From: Octopus vulgaris
Lineage: Eukaryota
NCBI GenBank assembly: GCA_951406725.2
Contig: OX597823.1
Span: forward strand, 27,032,001-27,096,000
DNA length: 64,000 nucleotides
Direction: 5' to 3'
Every line of letters starts with the position of its first letter. Within the stretch, counting starts at the first letter, position 1. The position numbers were made by a program, and so were the translations under genes. Under the pieces are notes generated by a model, which did no database searches, was not told where the DNA came from, and worked only from the letters and a program-made list of their open reading frames with translations. Shown here one piece after another: positions 14,854 through 27,451 of the stretch.

Positions 14854-16570
14854 TGCAGCACTACACCGATCGCATATCGCAGTTCCAGCAAAATCAGTTA
14901 TTCTCAAATAACCAGAGGCAGCTTTTTAAGAGCTTCGGAAGAAATACAGAAGATAATACACCTCCTGAAGCAGAGGAATCCTGTCAATTTTGGAATAACA
15001 TCAGGGGGCAAGACGTTTCGCACAAACACAGTTCTGAGTGGATTTATTCCGTTAGATCCGAACTCCATCACCCGGATGCTCAACGACAGTACCATGCGCA
15101 CAACGGAAGGTGTCATTGCACAGGTATCAAAACTGCCAAAGTGGAAGCAGCAGGACCAGACGGGATTCAAGGCTACTGGCACAAGTGGTTTACGTCAACA
15201 CACAAGAGAACTGCGTTGCAATTAGACAATTGCATATTGAGTGGTACATTTCCGGAGTGGATGGTAGAGGGAAGAATAACATTGTTAATGAAAGATCAGC
15301 CAAAGGGCAATGAGGATGGTAATTACCGACCCATTGCTTGTCTTAACCTCCTATGGAAAGTATTAACAGGTACCCTCGCAGGGAGAATATTTACATTCCT
15401 TGCGAAAAAAAATCTTCTGCCAGTAGAACAAAAGGGATGCCAAAAAGGATCCAGGGCATCAACGATCACCTTGTGATAGACAAGGTTATAATGAAGAACT
15501 GTAAACGCTACCAAAAAACTTAACTATGGGCTGGATAGACTTCAAAAAGGCTTATGACATATTGTCGCGTTCGTGGATTTTGGAAACACTCGACATGTGT
15601 AGAATAGCTGAGAACGTGTGTGCACTGATTAAGAACAGCATGCCTAGTAACAACCAGCACTTAGCCAAGGTAACAATCAAAAGAGGTATCTTCCAAGGAG
15701 ACTGTTGTGCACCTCTGTTATTTGTTATAGACTTGATCCCACTTTATGTAGTCCTACGTAAAATCAACGTGAAATATGAGCTGAGAAAAAACAGACCGCA
15801 TTTCAACTACCTTCTCTTCATGGATGATTTAAAACTGTTCGCAAAAACAGAGCCTGAAATGGAGAATCTGGTTGAGACTGTACAAATGTGCAGCAAGGAT
15901 ATAGGGATGGAATTGAGTATCTCGAAGTGTGCGGTGCTTACTTTGAAGCGGGGGAAAAGAGTAAATTGCAGGTGCATAGAATTGCGAAACGGAGATAAAA
16001 TGCACGACCTGGATGATGATATGTACAAGTACCTTGGAATCCTGGAGCTGGACAATATCTTGCACAGAGAAATAAAAGACAAGGTCATCACCGCATATTT
16101 CAAGCGCCTCAAACTTCTCTTGAAATCAAAACTCAACTCAAGGAATCTTGAGACTGCCATCAGCATATGGGCTGTTGCTGTAGTCCGCTATAGTTCAGCC
16201 ATCCTGAAATGGACACAACCAATTCGATCGCACTACCCGAAAGACAATCACAATGCATTGTGCCCTCCACCCTAAGATAAATGCATACAACCTCTGCATG
16301 AAGAAAGGTAAAGGTGGACTAGGCTGATTAGCTTGCGGGATTGCATCAACAGTGAATGAAGAAGAATGGAAGAATATTTGGTAAACAGCAAACAAGACCT
16401 ACTAGGGTGTGCTGCTAGTGCAGAGGAGTTAACAAAAATGGACTTGAGAGTGCTCATGAATTCCGATCGAGAATAGCCAGCAAGAGAGAAGAAACCCTAC
16501 AGCGTATGGAATTACATGGTCGGTTCCACCGTGAAACCAACAAATTAAAAGACCAAGAAGCATCATAGAG
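14854..16570 (+). pseudogene. Decayed R4/Dong-like LINE reverse transcriptase
   Basis: AAGPDGIQGYW, NYRPIACLNLLWK, EQKGC, WIDFKKAYD, RGIFQGD..PLLF, LLFMDDLKLFA, YKYLGILE. Confidence 0.9.
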
Positions 16571-16875
16571 GTGGTACTTAATTTATTAACCCCGAAAGGA
16601 TGAAAGGCAAAGTCGAACTCAGAACGTGAAGGCAGCCGAAATACCTATTTCTTTATTACCCACAAGTGGCTAAACATAGAGGAGACAAACAAGGACAGAC
16701 ATAGGTATTAAGTCGATTACATCGACCCCAGTGCGTAACTGGTACTTAATTTATCGACCCCGAAAGGATGAAAGACAAAGTCGACCTCGGCAGAATTTGA
16801 ACTCAGAACGTAGCGGCAGACGAAATACCGCTAAGCATTTCGTCCGGCGCACTAACGTTCTTGCCAGCACGCCTT
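16571..16875 (-). mobile_element. Tandem SINE family A copies
   Basis: ggtacttaatttat..accccgaaaggatgaa present twice. Confidence 0.75.
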
Positions 16876-16879
16876 CACT

Positions 16880-17490
16880 TATATTAGGCAATAGAACTGT
16901 GGTGTGGAGGAGTTGGGTGCTGGGAAGCTTCTATCTGTGTCTGTTGAGATTCATGCTTCTGGATATGTTCTTCCATAGGTCGTTGCATTGGTTCTAAATC
17001 CTGCACGTAATTATATTCACAGTTGTGTGCTCGCATGCGGTGTAAATATCACTCTGGGAAAGATGGGATATAACAACCTCGCCGTATGAGCCCGTTTCGA
17101 TCACACAGGATTCTCCCCCTTTGTCCGAGGGTAGGAATGTATAGTTTTTCTCCTTTAGGGAGTCGAGTATGGAAAACTCCTTGGTCGACATGTTAGTGGG
17201 TGATTGTCGTCTTTTAGGAGACTTAAAGGCTTTCAAGAGGTCGTAACATAATCTACTGACCCTGTCCTCAATGTCTTCTTTTGCGGGTGGTGGTATGCTG
17301 AACTCTCCCTCATACTGGTAAAGTCTGATTGCTTTGTCACAGCCTCTGCATTGGTTTTCGCTGAGCTTCTATTTGCATTGAAGTGCGTATGCGAATCTGG
17401 AGATATATGTGGTGATGGTGTGTTCCGGATGATTCCGGTTGATATCATGCGTGAGGCCTCTGCCCAGTATCCACTTTTCCTCCAGGATCA
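16880..17490 (-). pseudogene. Penelope-like RT N-terminal fragment
   Basis: NMSTKEFSILDSLKEKNYTFLPSDKGGESCVIETGSY...HLSQSDIY matches the PLE N-terminal DKG motif. Confidence 0.7.
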
Positions 17491-17494
17491 GAAG

Positions 17495-19812
17495 GCTGGG
17501 ATTTCGTTATTTTCTTCGTTTCGTTGGTAATGCTTTTGTAACTCACGTGGTAATTTTGGAGGGAGATACGAATTCGCCTGTCTATATAAATGTAGGGATG
17601 CTAACAGTCCGTTAGATTGTTCGATGTCGCTTGGTCGAGCCGGTGTAACGGGTGAGTTTTTTTCCCCTAGTATTTCTAGATTTATAGGAAATATTATATT
17701 GACAAGGAAATGAGCCTTCGGTTCTGATCCAGAAACGATTCGTCTATAATTATTCCATAGGCTGGGATTTCGTTATTTTCTTTCTTTTTGCCATATACGG
17801 GTTACAAATTCTGTTTGTTTATGGAAACTTTTTTTCTATTAGTAGGAGAAATAGTGATCAATTTGGCTGCTATTTCTAATATTCTGGGCATGTGGTTTTG
17901 AGCAACTTGTTGCAATTAACCCTTTATTATAATTAATATAATTCTTACCAAATATGGTCTTTTCCATACCGATAAATCTACTAGGTGAAATTTATTAATT
18001 TTATTAAATTAATTATATTTCACCCTTTTTAGAAAGTTTGAATACTATTGCTCCCTTACGAGAAATCTACGAAACTTCGTTTCGTTGATAATGTTTTTGT
18101 AACTCACGTGGTAATATTGGAGGGAGATACGAATTCGCCTGTCTATATAAATGTAGGGATGCTAGCAGTCCGTTAGATTGTTCGATGTCGCTTGGTCGAG
18201 CCGGTGTAACGGGTGAGTTTTTTCCCCTAGTATTTCTAGATTTATAGGAAATATTATATTGACAAGGAAATGAGCCTTCCGTTCTGATCCAGAAACAATT
18301 TGTCTATAATTAATCCATAGGCTGGGATTTCGTTATTTTCTTCGTTTCGTTGGTAATGCCTTTGTAACTCACGTGGTAATTTTGGAGAGAGATACGAATT
18401 CGCCTGTCTATATAAATGTAGGGATGCTAACAGTCCGTTAGATTGTTCGATGTCGCTTGGTCGAGCCGGTGTAACGGGTGAGTTTTTTTTCCCTAGCATT
18501 TCTAGATTTATAGGAAATATTATATTGACAAGGAAATGAGCCTTCCGTTCTGATCCAGAAACGATTTGTCTATAATTAATCCATAGGCTGGGATTTCGTT
18601 ATTTTCTTCGTTTCGTTGGTAATGCCTTTGTAACTCACGTGGTAATTTTGGAGAGAGATACGAATTCGCCTGTCTATATAAATGTAGGGATGCTAACAGT
18701 CCGTTAGATTGTTCGATGTCGCTTGGTCGAGCCGGTGTAACGGGTGAGTTTTTTTCCCTAGTATTTCTAGATTTATAGGAAATATTATATTGACAAGGAA
18801 ATGAGCCTTCCGTTCTGATCCAGAAACAATTTGTCTATAATTAATCCATAGGCTGGGATTTCGTTATTTTCTTCGTTTCGTTGGTAATGCCTTTGTAACT
18901 CACGTGGTAATTTTAGAGAGAGATACGAATTCGCCTGTCTATATAAATGTAGGGATGCTAACAGTCCGTTAGATTGTTCGATGTCGCTTGGTCGAGCCGG
19001 TGTAACGGGTGAGTTTTTTTTTTCCCTAGCATTTCTAGATTTATAGGAAATATTATATTGACAAGGAAATGAGCCTTCCGTTCTGATCCAGAAACGATTT
19101 GTCTATAATTAATCCATAGGCTGGGATTTCGTTATTTTCTTCGTTTCGTTGGTAATGCCTTTGTAACTCACGTGGTAATTTTGGAGAGAGATACGAATTC
19201 GCCTGTCTATATAAATGTAGGGATGCTAACAGTCCGTTAGATTGTTCGATGTCGCTTGGTCGAGCCGGTGTAACGGGTGAGTTTTTTTCCCTAGCATTTC
19301 TAGATTTATAGGAAATATTATATTGACAAGGAAATGAGCCTTCCGTTCTGATCCAGAAACGATTTGTCTATAATTAATCCATAGGCTGGGATTTCGTTAT
19401 TTTCTTCGTTTCGTTGGTAATGCCTTTGTAACTCACGTGGTAATTTTGGAGAGATACGAATTCGCCTGTCTATATAAATGTAGGGATGCTAACAGTCCGT
19501 TAGATTGTTCGATGTCGCTTGGTCGAGCCGGTGTAACGGGTGAGTTTTTTTTCCCTAGCATTTCTAGATTTATAGGAAATATTATATTGACAAGGAAATG
19601 AGCCTTCGGTTCTGATCCAGAAACGATTCGTCTATAATTTATCCATAGGCTGGGATTTCGTTATTTTCTTTCTTTTTGCCATATACGGGTTACAAATTCT
19701 GTTTGCTTGTGGAGACTTTTTTTTATTAGTAGGAGAAATAGTGATCAATTTGGCTGCTATTTCTAATATCCTCGGTATGTGGTTTTGAGCAACTTGTTGC
19801 AATTAACCCTTT

Positions 19813-19820
<8 letters not shown>
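17495..19820 (+). repeat. Tandem array of ~265-bp units, each carrying a hammerhead-like motif (retrozyme/pLTR-like)
   Basis: ggctgggatttcgttattttc recurs at ~17495, 17761, 18320, 18586, 18851, 19119, 19384, 19648; a ~150-bp tail follows the first and last units. Confidence 0.9.
17693..17750 (+). ncRNA. Variant type I hammerhead (U3-A8 core), first of 7 copies
   Basis: attata TTGACAA gga...tcca GAAA cgattcg TC tataat; other cores at 18259, 18525, 18790, 19058, 19323, 19587. Confidence 0.7.
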
Positions 19821-19896
<76 letters not shown>

Positions 19897-20143
19897 TTGC
19901 TATTATGCAAAAGTGTCGTAATTCCAAAACGTTCCTTTTTCAGAAAACGAAAAAATAGTTTCACCATTCCATAGTAAAACCGTTGTACTACGCTTTGATA
20001 ATTTTTGATACCTTGGCATCTGAAGTAGCTGGAGATACGGTAGTTTGACCAAAAGAACCGGTTATTGCAAGCAAAAATGAATATTGAAAAAAAAGCGCAT
20101 TTAGCCAAATTTGGACATACTACAGTTTAAGGTAGTAGTTACG

Positions 20144-20226
<83 letters not shown>

Positions 20227-21071
20227 TGTGTGTGCTTGTGTGTGTGTATATATATAATTATTTTCCATAGTCAGAATAAACCTTTTAAAAATGTTTTGTA
20301 TCAATATATGTATAATATACATACACGCAAACATACATACATACAAAAATACATCCATACATATATACACTCGCGTATTCAAAGATTTCAAGCATTGTTT
20401 ATTTGCAAACTTTCAGAATAACAAAAGGAAAACACTCTGTAATAAATAAATGAATAAATAAATAAATATTTATATAAACAAATTAATAAATAAAAAGACG
20501 CGTTTGCCTCGGAGAAGATACTATTGTCCAATAAGATCAATACAATAAAACAAGAAATACCATAAGAAGTAAAATAGAACAATTTTCAGTTATTTGGTTT
20601 GATAAAATATATTCTATCGAATTAGGCAACGTTAATTCTTAGAAACCAAGTGAGGTTTATTTCAAAACTTGTTCAGCTTCTACAATTCTAAGTGTTGAAA
20701 ATCCAAGAAATTCTTTTCTGCTTAATTTCTTCATCAACACTAAAATTTTATTTGGTTTTGTGAGAAGGTTCGTGATTATATATACTATGTTGGCTTTTAA
20801 GCAATGAATAAATGTATGTTGTCACAAGCAAGCGCATTCATAAATGCACAAGTAGACACGCATCACTCTCAAATTAGTGGGCTGCTTGCTGTATCTGAAG
20901 AAGAACGTGAAACGGTGTTTGTCTAGTGGTATAAAAAAATATGTGCGCGCACCCTGCACATACACACGTGCACATACAAATAGTCCATACATTCATTTAT
21001 ATATAAGGTGAGAAAATGTACTAGGTAGATACTTGTACATGTGTATATACATATACATACGTACATATATA

Positions 21072-21738
21072 TCTATGTACTACAAAATTTCTGTGATTGC
21101 TTCCGTGCGTGCTTGCTTGTGTTAGTGTCTGTAATTTAATACAGCCAAACTGGCGTATAATGGGAAAATACTTAGAAAGTAAGGTACGCCTGAAATCTGA
21201 ACACAAAGAGAATAAAACAAATTTCGCGTAAATCGGACTACGGATACCCGGGAAATGCAGTTATCTCTTGGTTTGTTTTTACAAGCTTAAGCAGTGAAAC
21301 CTGGAGTTATTGCCCTCTACTTGAACACCTGGACAGTTTTGTTTGCATGGTTGTCTGTAATTTAATACAGCTAGACCGGCGATTAATGGGAAAATACTCC
21401 GAAAGTAGGGTGTCATTGAAATGTGAATACAAACGCAATGAAACAAGTTTCGCGGAAATCGGATTACGGACTCCCACGATACGCGGTTTTTCGGGTACCT
21501 TTAACTATTAGTGACACAACGGGCCACAGGTAGTCGCGTGAATCGGATCAACGGCTCCCTAGATACGCAGTTATTTCGGCGCATAATGGGAAAATACTCT
21601 GAAAGTAGGGTGTCATAGAAATGTGAATACAAACGGAATGAAAAAAGTTTCGCATAAATCGGATTACGGATTCCCATGATACGTGGTTTTTTGACTACCT
21701 TCAACTATTGGTGACACAACGGGCCACGGGTAGTCTAG
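21072..21738 (+). mobile_element. Non-autonomous Helitron with internal ~200-bp tandem repeats
   Basis: A|TC start, CTAG|T end, imperfect subterminal hairpin gtgacacaacgggccac; three internal copies of taatgggaaaatact..gaaagta.ggt. Confidence 0.6.
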
Positions 21739-21742
21739 TTTA

Positions 21743-21809
<67 letters not shown>

Positions 21810-21832
<23 letters not shown>

Positions 21833-22030
21833 TTGTATGTCTGTGTTTGTCCTCCCAACATCGCTTGACAACCGATGGTGGTGTGTTTACGTCCCCGTAA
21901 CTTAGCGGTTCGGCAAACCAAACCGATAGAATAAGTACTAGGCTTCCACAGAATAAGTTCTGGGAGTCGATTTGTTCGACTAAACGCGGTGCTCCAGCAA
22001 GGCTGCAGTCAAATGACTGAAACAATTAAA
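21810..22030 (+). mobile_element. SINE family B, 3' half
   Basis: cgcttgacaaccgat...gtccccgtaacttagcggttcggcaaa...gcagtcaaatgactgaaac. Confidence 0.75.
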
Positions 22031-22077
22031 AAAAAATATATATATGCTTTATTAAAAAGCAGCAAAATATTACAAAA

Positions 22078-22119
22078 AACTGTTACTCAGAGTTTCACGT
22101 TCCCGTTCGTCGGTCAGTT
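22078..22119 (-). ncRNA. Minimal hammerhead-like motif with CCGACGA core
   Basis: aactga CCGACGA acg-ggaa-cgt GAAA ctctgag TA acagtt on minus strand. Confidence 0.6.
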
Positions 22120-22187
22120 TTGTTTACTCTACCTCTGATATTCGAATACTATTTTTCCACCTTGTTTCGTATTTATGTCCTTACTCT

Positions 22188-22251
<64 letters not shown>

Positions 22252-22252
<1 letters not shown>

Positions 22253-22648
22253 TAGCAGTATCGCCCGGCGTTGCTCGGGTTGTAAGGGAAATAACTATAT
22301 AAGCATTTTTAGAGAGTTATAGCCAAAAAATAGCAAAAAGATGCATTAAAAATTGAAAAAAAAATTAAGGTAAATTTTTTTAAAAAATCGTTGACACATC
22401 GTAGATATTTTTAGAGAGTTACTTCCCTTATATAAAAGCGAAAAAAATGCATTAAAATGGGAAAATATGATGGTAAATTTTTTTTAAATCGTAGACTCAT
22501 CGTAGACGTGCGCTAATACCCAGAAGGGCTCGATATGAATCACGACTATAAGATACTCGCTTTTGGTTAAACTGCACCGCAAAATGTGGGAGTAGTTACG
22601 AATCTAAATCGAAGGGGACAGACACACAACTTCACTCTTATATAAAGA
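22252..22648 (-). mobile_element. Non-autonomous Helitron
   Basis: Minus strand: A|TC start, subterminal hairpin cccgagcaacgccggg, CTAG|T end. Confidence 0.7.
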
Positions 22649-23424
22649 TGCTTTTTTTTTTCAGTCATAGAGTTAGATTTATGAAGGTCTTCAGTAGAAA
22701 ATCCTTCGAATTCTGACTCGCTGCTTGATATAATGAAATTCGTATCCATTTTTTGTCAGAATTACAAATTTTGAAAACACAATAGGAACAAATTTCGGAA
22801 AAAAATCTCCCATAATTCACGGAATTAAAATTACACTTCGATTTTTGTACAAAACTGTATTTGAAGTGTTTACGAAGTATAATACATGTTTTCACGAATG
22901 TACTAAAGAGATTTACTCTGATATTCTCATTTAAATATGAATAGGTAAATTCGGGCGGTTTGGTAACGAAAGGGTTTATATAAGTGTCGTCTGTTTATAC
23001 ATAAACACTGTTTCATACTTTCAGTTTAGTCTTCCTCAAATCACTCTGTCGCTAATTTACTCTCTTCCAAGAACATTTTCACTCACTCTTATCTGTTAGC
23101 TTCCCATACATTTTACTCATGTATCTATCAGCGTGATAGACAGAAACAAATATTACATCTAGTTTCACTTTATTCGTTGCACACTGTGTGTGTGCGTTTG
23201 CGTGTGCTGTAAACCAGACTAAGAAAAGCATTTGACATACACACCAGAATGTGAGTTTTCTGTAAATTTTGCTTAATTGGAGTTTAAATTTTAAAAACTG
23301 GACCTGGCATGACCCGATGCATTCTACTCTTAAAAATGCTAGGTAAATTGTAATTAAAGAAATCCTATATTGTAGATTTCTATAACTTACAAAGGGAGGC
23401 AGATAAAATCTGCCTTTTATAATA

Positions 23425-23479
<55 letters not shown>

Positions 23480-23578
23480 TGTGTCTGTGTTTGTATGTGT
23501 ATATACATATATATATATGTGTGTGTGTATATATATATGTATATATAGACACACACACACACACACACATACACATAC

Positions 23579-23693
<115 letters not shown>

Positions 23694-24530
23694 GTAGATG
23701 GTGTGATAATCCAAGCTGCATGATCTTGATGTCCGTGTGTATATTCTTGTAATCTTAAGTATATTTGTAGACGTTATATCTTATATTTGGCATTTATATG
23801 ATTTGAAAATAGTAAATAATATAGTTTGTAGAGTTAGTACACATGTTTCATTACGTAAGAATGAGTTTCGGCGATATATATGTAGAAAAAACATGCAAGC
23901 CATCTATTAGTAATTGTTCAGACAATGGATTGAAATAGTACAAAATACAATGGATGGATACTTTATGTGTTTCCATGTTTTTGTTGATGATGTTGTTTTT
24001 GAAGCTTTTGTTGTTTGTTGTTTTTGTTAGAGTGGTTATAAATTGGGTTACCGTTGTGGTTTTTGTGTATCTATTTGCTGAGTTTTTGGAGTAGGGTTAT
24101 GTACCCTCCTCTTTCTTCTGCACCCTTTTGTCACAATCCATTTTTCGGTCTGCTCTTCTTTCTCCATGCCATTATTGTTGGTGTTGGATTGGGAGGCATG
24201 ACTTTCAGAAAGTTACTTTACCGTGGTAGCCCGAGGGATGGAGGGGGGGTTAGACTATTTTTTTGTTCTTGGCTTGGGATTGTATGTGTGTGTAGGAGTC
24301 TTGAGAAGAACGTCTTCGTGATTTTGTGTTTGTGGCGGAAGTGGGAGTTTTGTTTTCCTCGTCTGAGAGTAAGAATACTTTTTAAATAAATCTACAGTCA
24401 GAAGATAAATTCTAACACATTAATGTTCTTAACATTCAAATCAACTTCTCTGTCTGTATATCTGACCTCTTTATAATGTTGGCAATTAACCTGGAAATAA
24501 GTATATGTATTGATGGAAAACTTCTATAAA

Positions 24531-24614
24531 TGGCTGATGAATGCTCAACACATTGAAATTGATGTAATACTTACAATGCTTAATAAAATGATGTAGCGTG
24601 AAACAATCGTACCA
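24531..24614 (+). ncRNA. Type I hammerhead ribozyme in probable solo pLTR
   Basis: tgg CTGATGA atgct...agcgt GAAA caatcg TA cca. Confidence 0.7.
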
Positions 24615-24646
24615 AATTACCGAAGATATTCTTGTTGCTTACTTTG

Positions 24647-24683
<37 letters not shown>

Positions 24684-24691
24684 CTCGCGCG

Positions 24692-24745
<54 letters not shown>

Positions 24746-26448
24746 CGCGCGCGCAATACATATATATTTATATTTATGATTAAAGTATTTAAAGTCTAAA
24801 ATTAAAGCATCACATATTTCCTGGCATTTCAGTAGCAATCGTTACCCACAAATGATATTTCAATGAATTACTTGTGATAAAGATCGCATCCTAGACTCTT
24901 CCTTCCTACCATGATAACTTTGATACTCACATGAATTTTGCTACTATACTCTCATATATGTGGTCATTGAACCAACCATTACAGATCTGAGTCTCTTTCA
25001 TGCACACACATCTACAACTATTACTTCTTTGTCTAAGCGTCATCTCAACCCAATGTTTTAACAGCAAGTATTTGATACTGAAACAAATTTTGTTGAACTA
25101 ATTACGAGTCAACAAGAGAATCAATTTTGGTACCAACTTCTACTTCACTTATAAAGCTTTACTATCACCAACCAAATGCTCTACTCTCCCTAAATCATTT
25201 CGGACTTAATGCTAACTTTCTAGATTAAAGAATATTATCTTCATAATTTCATCACACATTCAAACCTCTTTAAGTCCCAGTTCTTCACCTTACAAATACT
25301 ATAATCTGAAGATATGTATTTATCCGCTGACAAAATAAATACTTTTGTCACTATAACATATATCATATAACATTATATAACGATCTCAAATATGGAACAC
25401 TTAAACTACGCTACACAATATAAAAAGGTCAGTGACATGTGTTGTCAGTTCTAAAATATCTTAAATAGTAATTGGATGAATATACAGGTACCTTTAACCG
25501 CAGAAGATTCCCCATTAGAATTTTAAAAATATCATTAGTATTTGAATTTTTAGACTTCTTCCCTTCTAATATCACATTAAAATGCAAAAAATGTACTCGA
25601 GATAAAAATTAAAAAAAGACCTTCATTATAATATTTGACTCTTGTTCAGAATGCTCAGATTTATTAGGCTCCGTACCTTCCGGGACATGCCAGCATTTCC
25701 AGCAATAACATTGACATACGCAATGATCTTGGCCCCCAACATAATGAAACATTAATATGCCGTTAATCTAGACATAGCTTCTCTCTGCATCGCTTTGCTT
25801 TTTCTCTCATCCTTGAAGTTAATGACCAACTGTGCTACCTTTATTGCTACGGCCTCACGTACTCAGTTATTCACCAACTCTTGACATTATTGAGGACTAC
25901 GCCTACTTCCATTTCGGGACTTTACATATGACTATGCTCACACATCGAGAATGCCTATGTGGTTAGCTCTATTGAATTTAGCAGCCATCGCATACATGAT
26001 TCAGCTACTCCTCCGTTTTCTTCTGCAGATACATAAATGCAATGCTCATGATGCTTTGGTCTTGTCAGGAGAAAAATGATTGATATAACATGCCCAACGA
26101 CACCAGGAAATGAAAACTTAAACATAACCTCGATAGTGGATCTTTCTCGTTGGTCGATTTCTGACTCAAAATTATAAATGAAGTACCTATCATGTCAACT
26201 TTCACGTGAAATCCACTGGTATCTATTTATGTGTTATTGATCAGCCTTCTTACCTAGTGCTAAAGCTGCCACCGAGTATTATGTATAAAGCATGCTTTCA
26301 CTGTATAAACGACCCCCATTTCTTTTGTGAATCGACTATGAACAAGCTTTCAATATGGTTTTGTCCCTTTATTGTATTGAAACTACTCTACGTAATATGA
26401 CCGTGCGTATCCAGTGGTGTTACTTTTTGTCTATTATTCATATTGTAA

Positions 26449-26682
26449 AGGGCAGCGAGCTGGCAGAATCTTTAGCATCGCAGACGATGTGCTTAGCGGG
26501 TTTTCGTCTACCGTTACGTTCTGAGTTCAAATTCCACCGAGGGCGACTTTGCCTTTCATTCTTTCGGGGTTGATTAAATAAGTACCAGTTACGCTCTGGG
26601 GTCGATGTAATCGACTTAATCCCTTTGTCTGTCCTTGTTTGTCCTCTCTATGTTTAGCCCCCTGTGGGTAATAAAGAAATAA
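26449..26682 (+). mobile_element. SINE family A, full-length copy
   Basis: ggcagcgagctggcagaatc...ctgagttcaaattcc...aataaagaaata. Confidence 0.8.
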
Positions 26683-27451
26683 TTATTTATATTGTAAGCC
26701 CCGTGATTTTGTTTATGCATTTGTCTGTAGGTTTCTTTAATAATTCCATTTGATATAGGGATTGTTTTCTGATTTTAGCCCCAACAATCTTTAAAATGTG
26801 AATATTTTACCATATATTTTAACAATACGATTCGTGGAACTGAGAATACAACTCAGTCAAGAAGCATCTCTTTTATTCATTCGCGAAACAAACCGGTCAA
26901 ACCAATTCCCAGGTAATAGCTTTTGTAATTTAAATTCATATAATTGCTTTTTATTACGAGAATAAAATGTTAAATTTAGAATAATTATAAAGTATTAATA
27001 ACGAAATAAATTAATTCATTCCCGTCATAAATATTATTCTTATAAAATGAATCAAAATAAAACAAGATCGCAATTTCAAAGTTTGAAGATCACCGATATT
27101 ATTTTGTCACCAAAATAATTAATGTTTACACCATGAACATAGTTTCATTGCAATTAATTTTTCTTTTTCATCTAAATTTTCGTAAAGTTGTCAAACTTTA
27201 GAAGTGATTTCGAAATACATTTTTACATATTTATTATATTTTGTCAGATAACCTATTCATTTTCTCGTAATCAAATGAGACAATTTAATTCTTTCGAACA
27301 AATATTTATGTATTTAAGTTGTCACCACTGTATAATATAAAAACGGAAGCGCATGTTATTTGTGTTTGTACAAATATTGAAAAAGAGCAAGAGTGTGAGA
27401 AAAAAAAAAAAATAAGCAGGGGTGGTAACTGCTGGAGAGAAGTGAAAAATA

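Noticed and set aside
17495-19820. CRISPR-like array
   Set aside because: Units are wholly repeated with no unique spacers; eukaryotic context, no cas genes
22567-23330. Acidic SSSESEFEGF peptide suggesting a DNA transposase N-terminus
   Set aside because: Too short, no catalytic motifs or TIR pair identified
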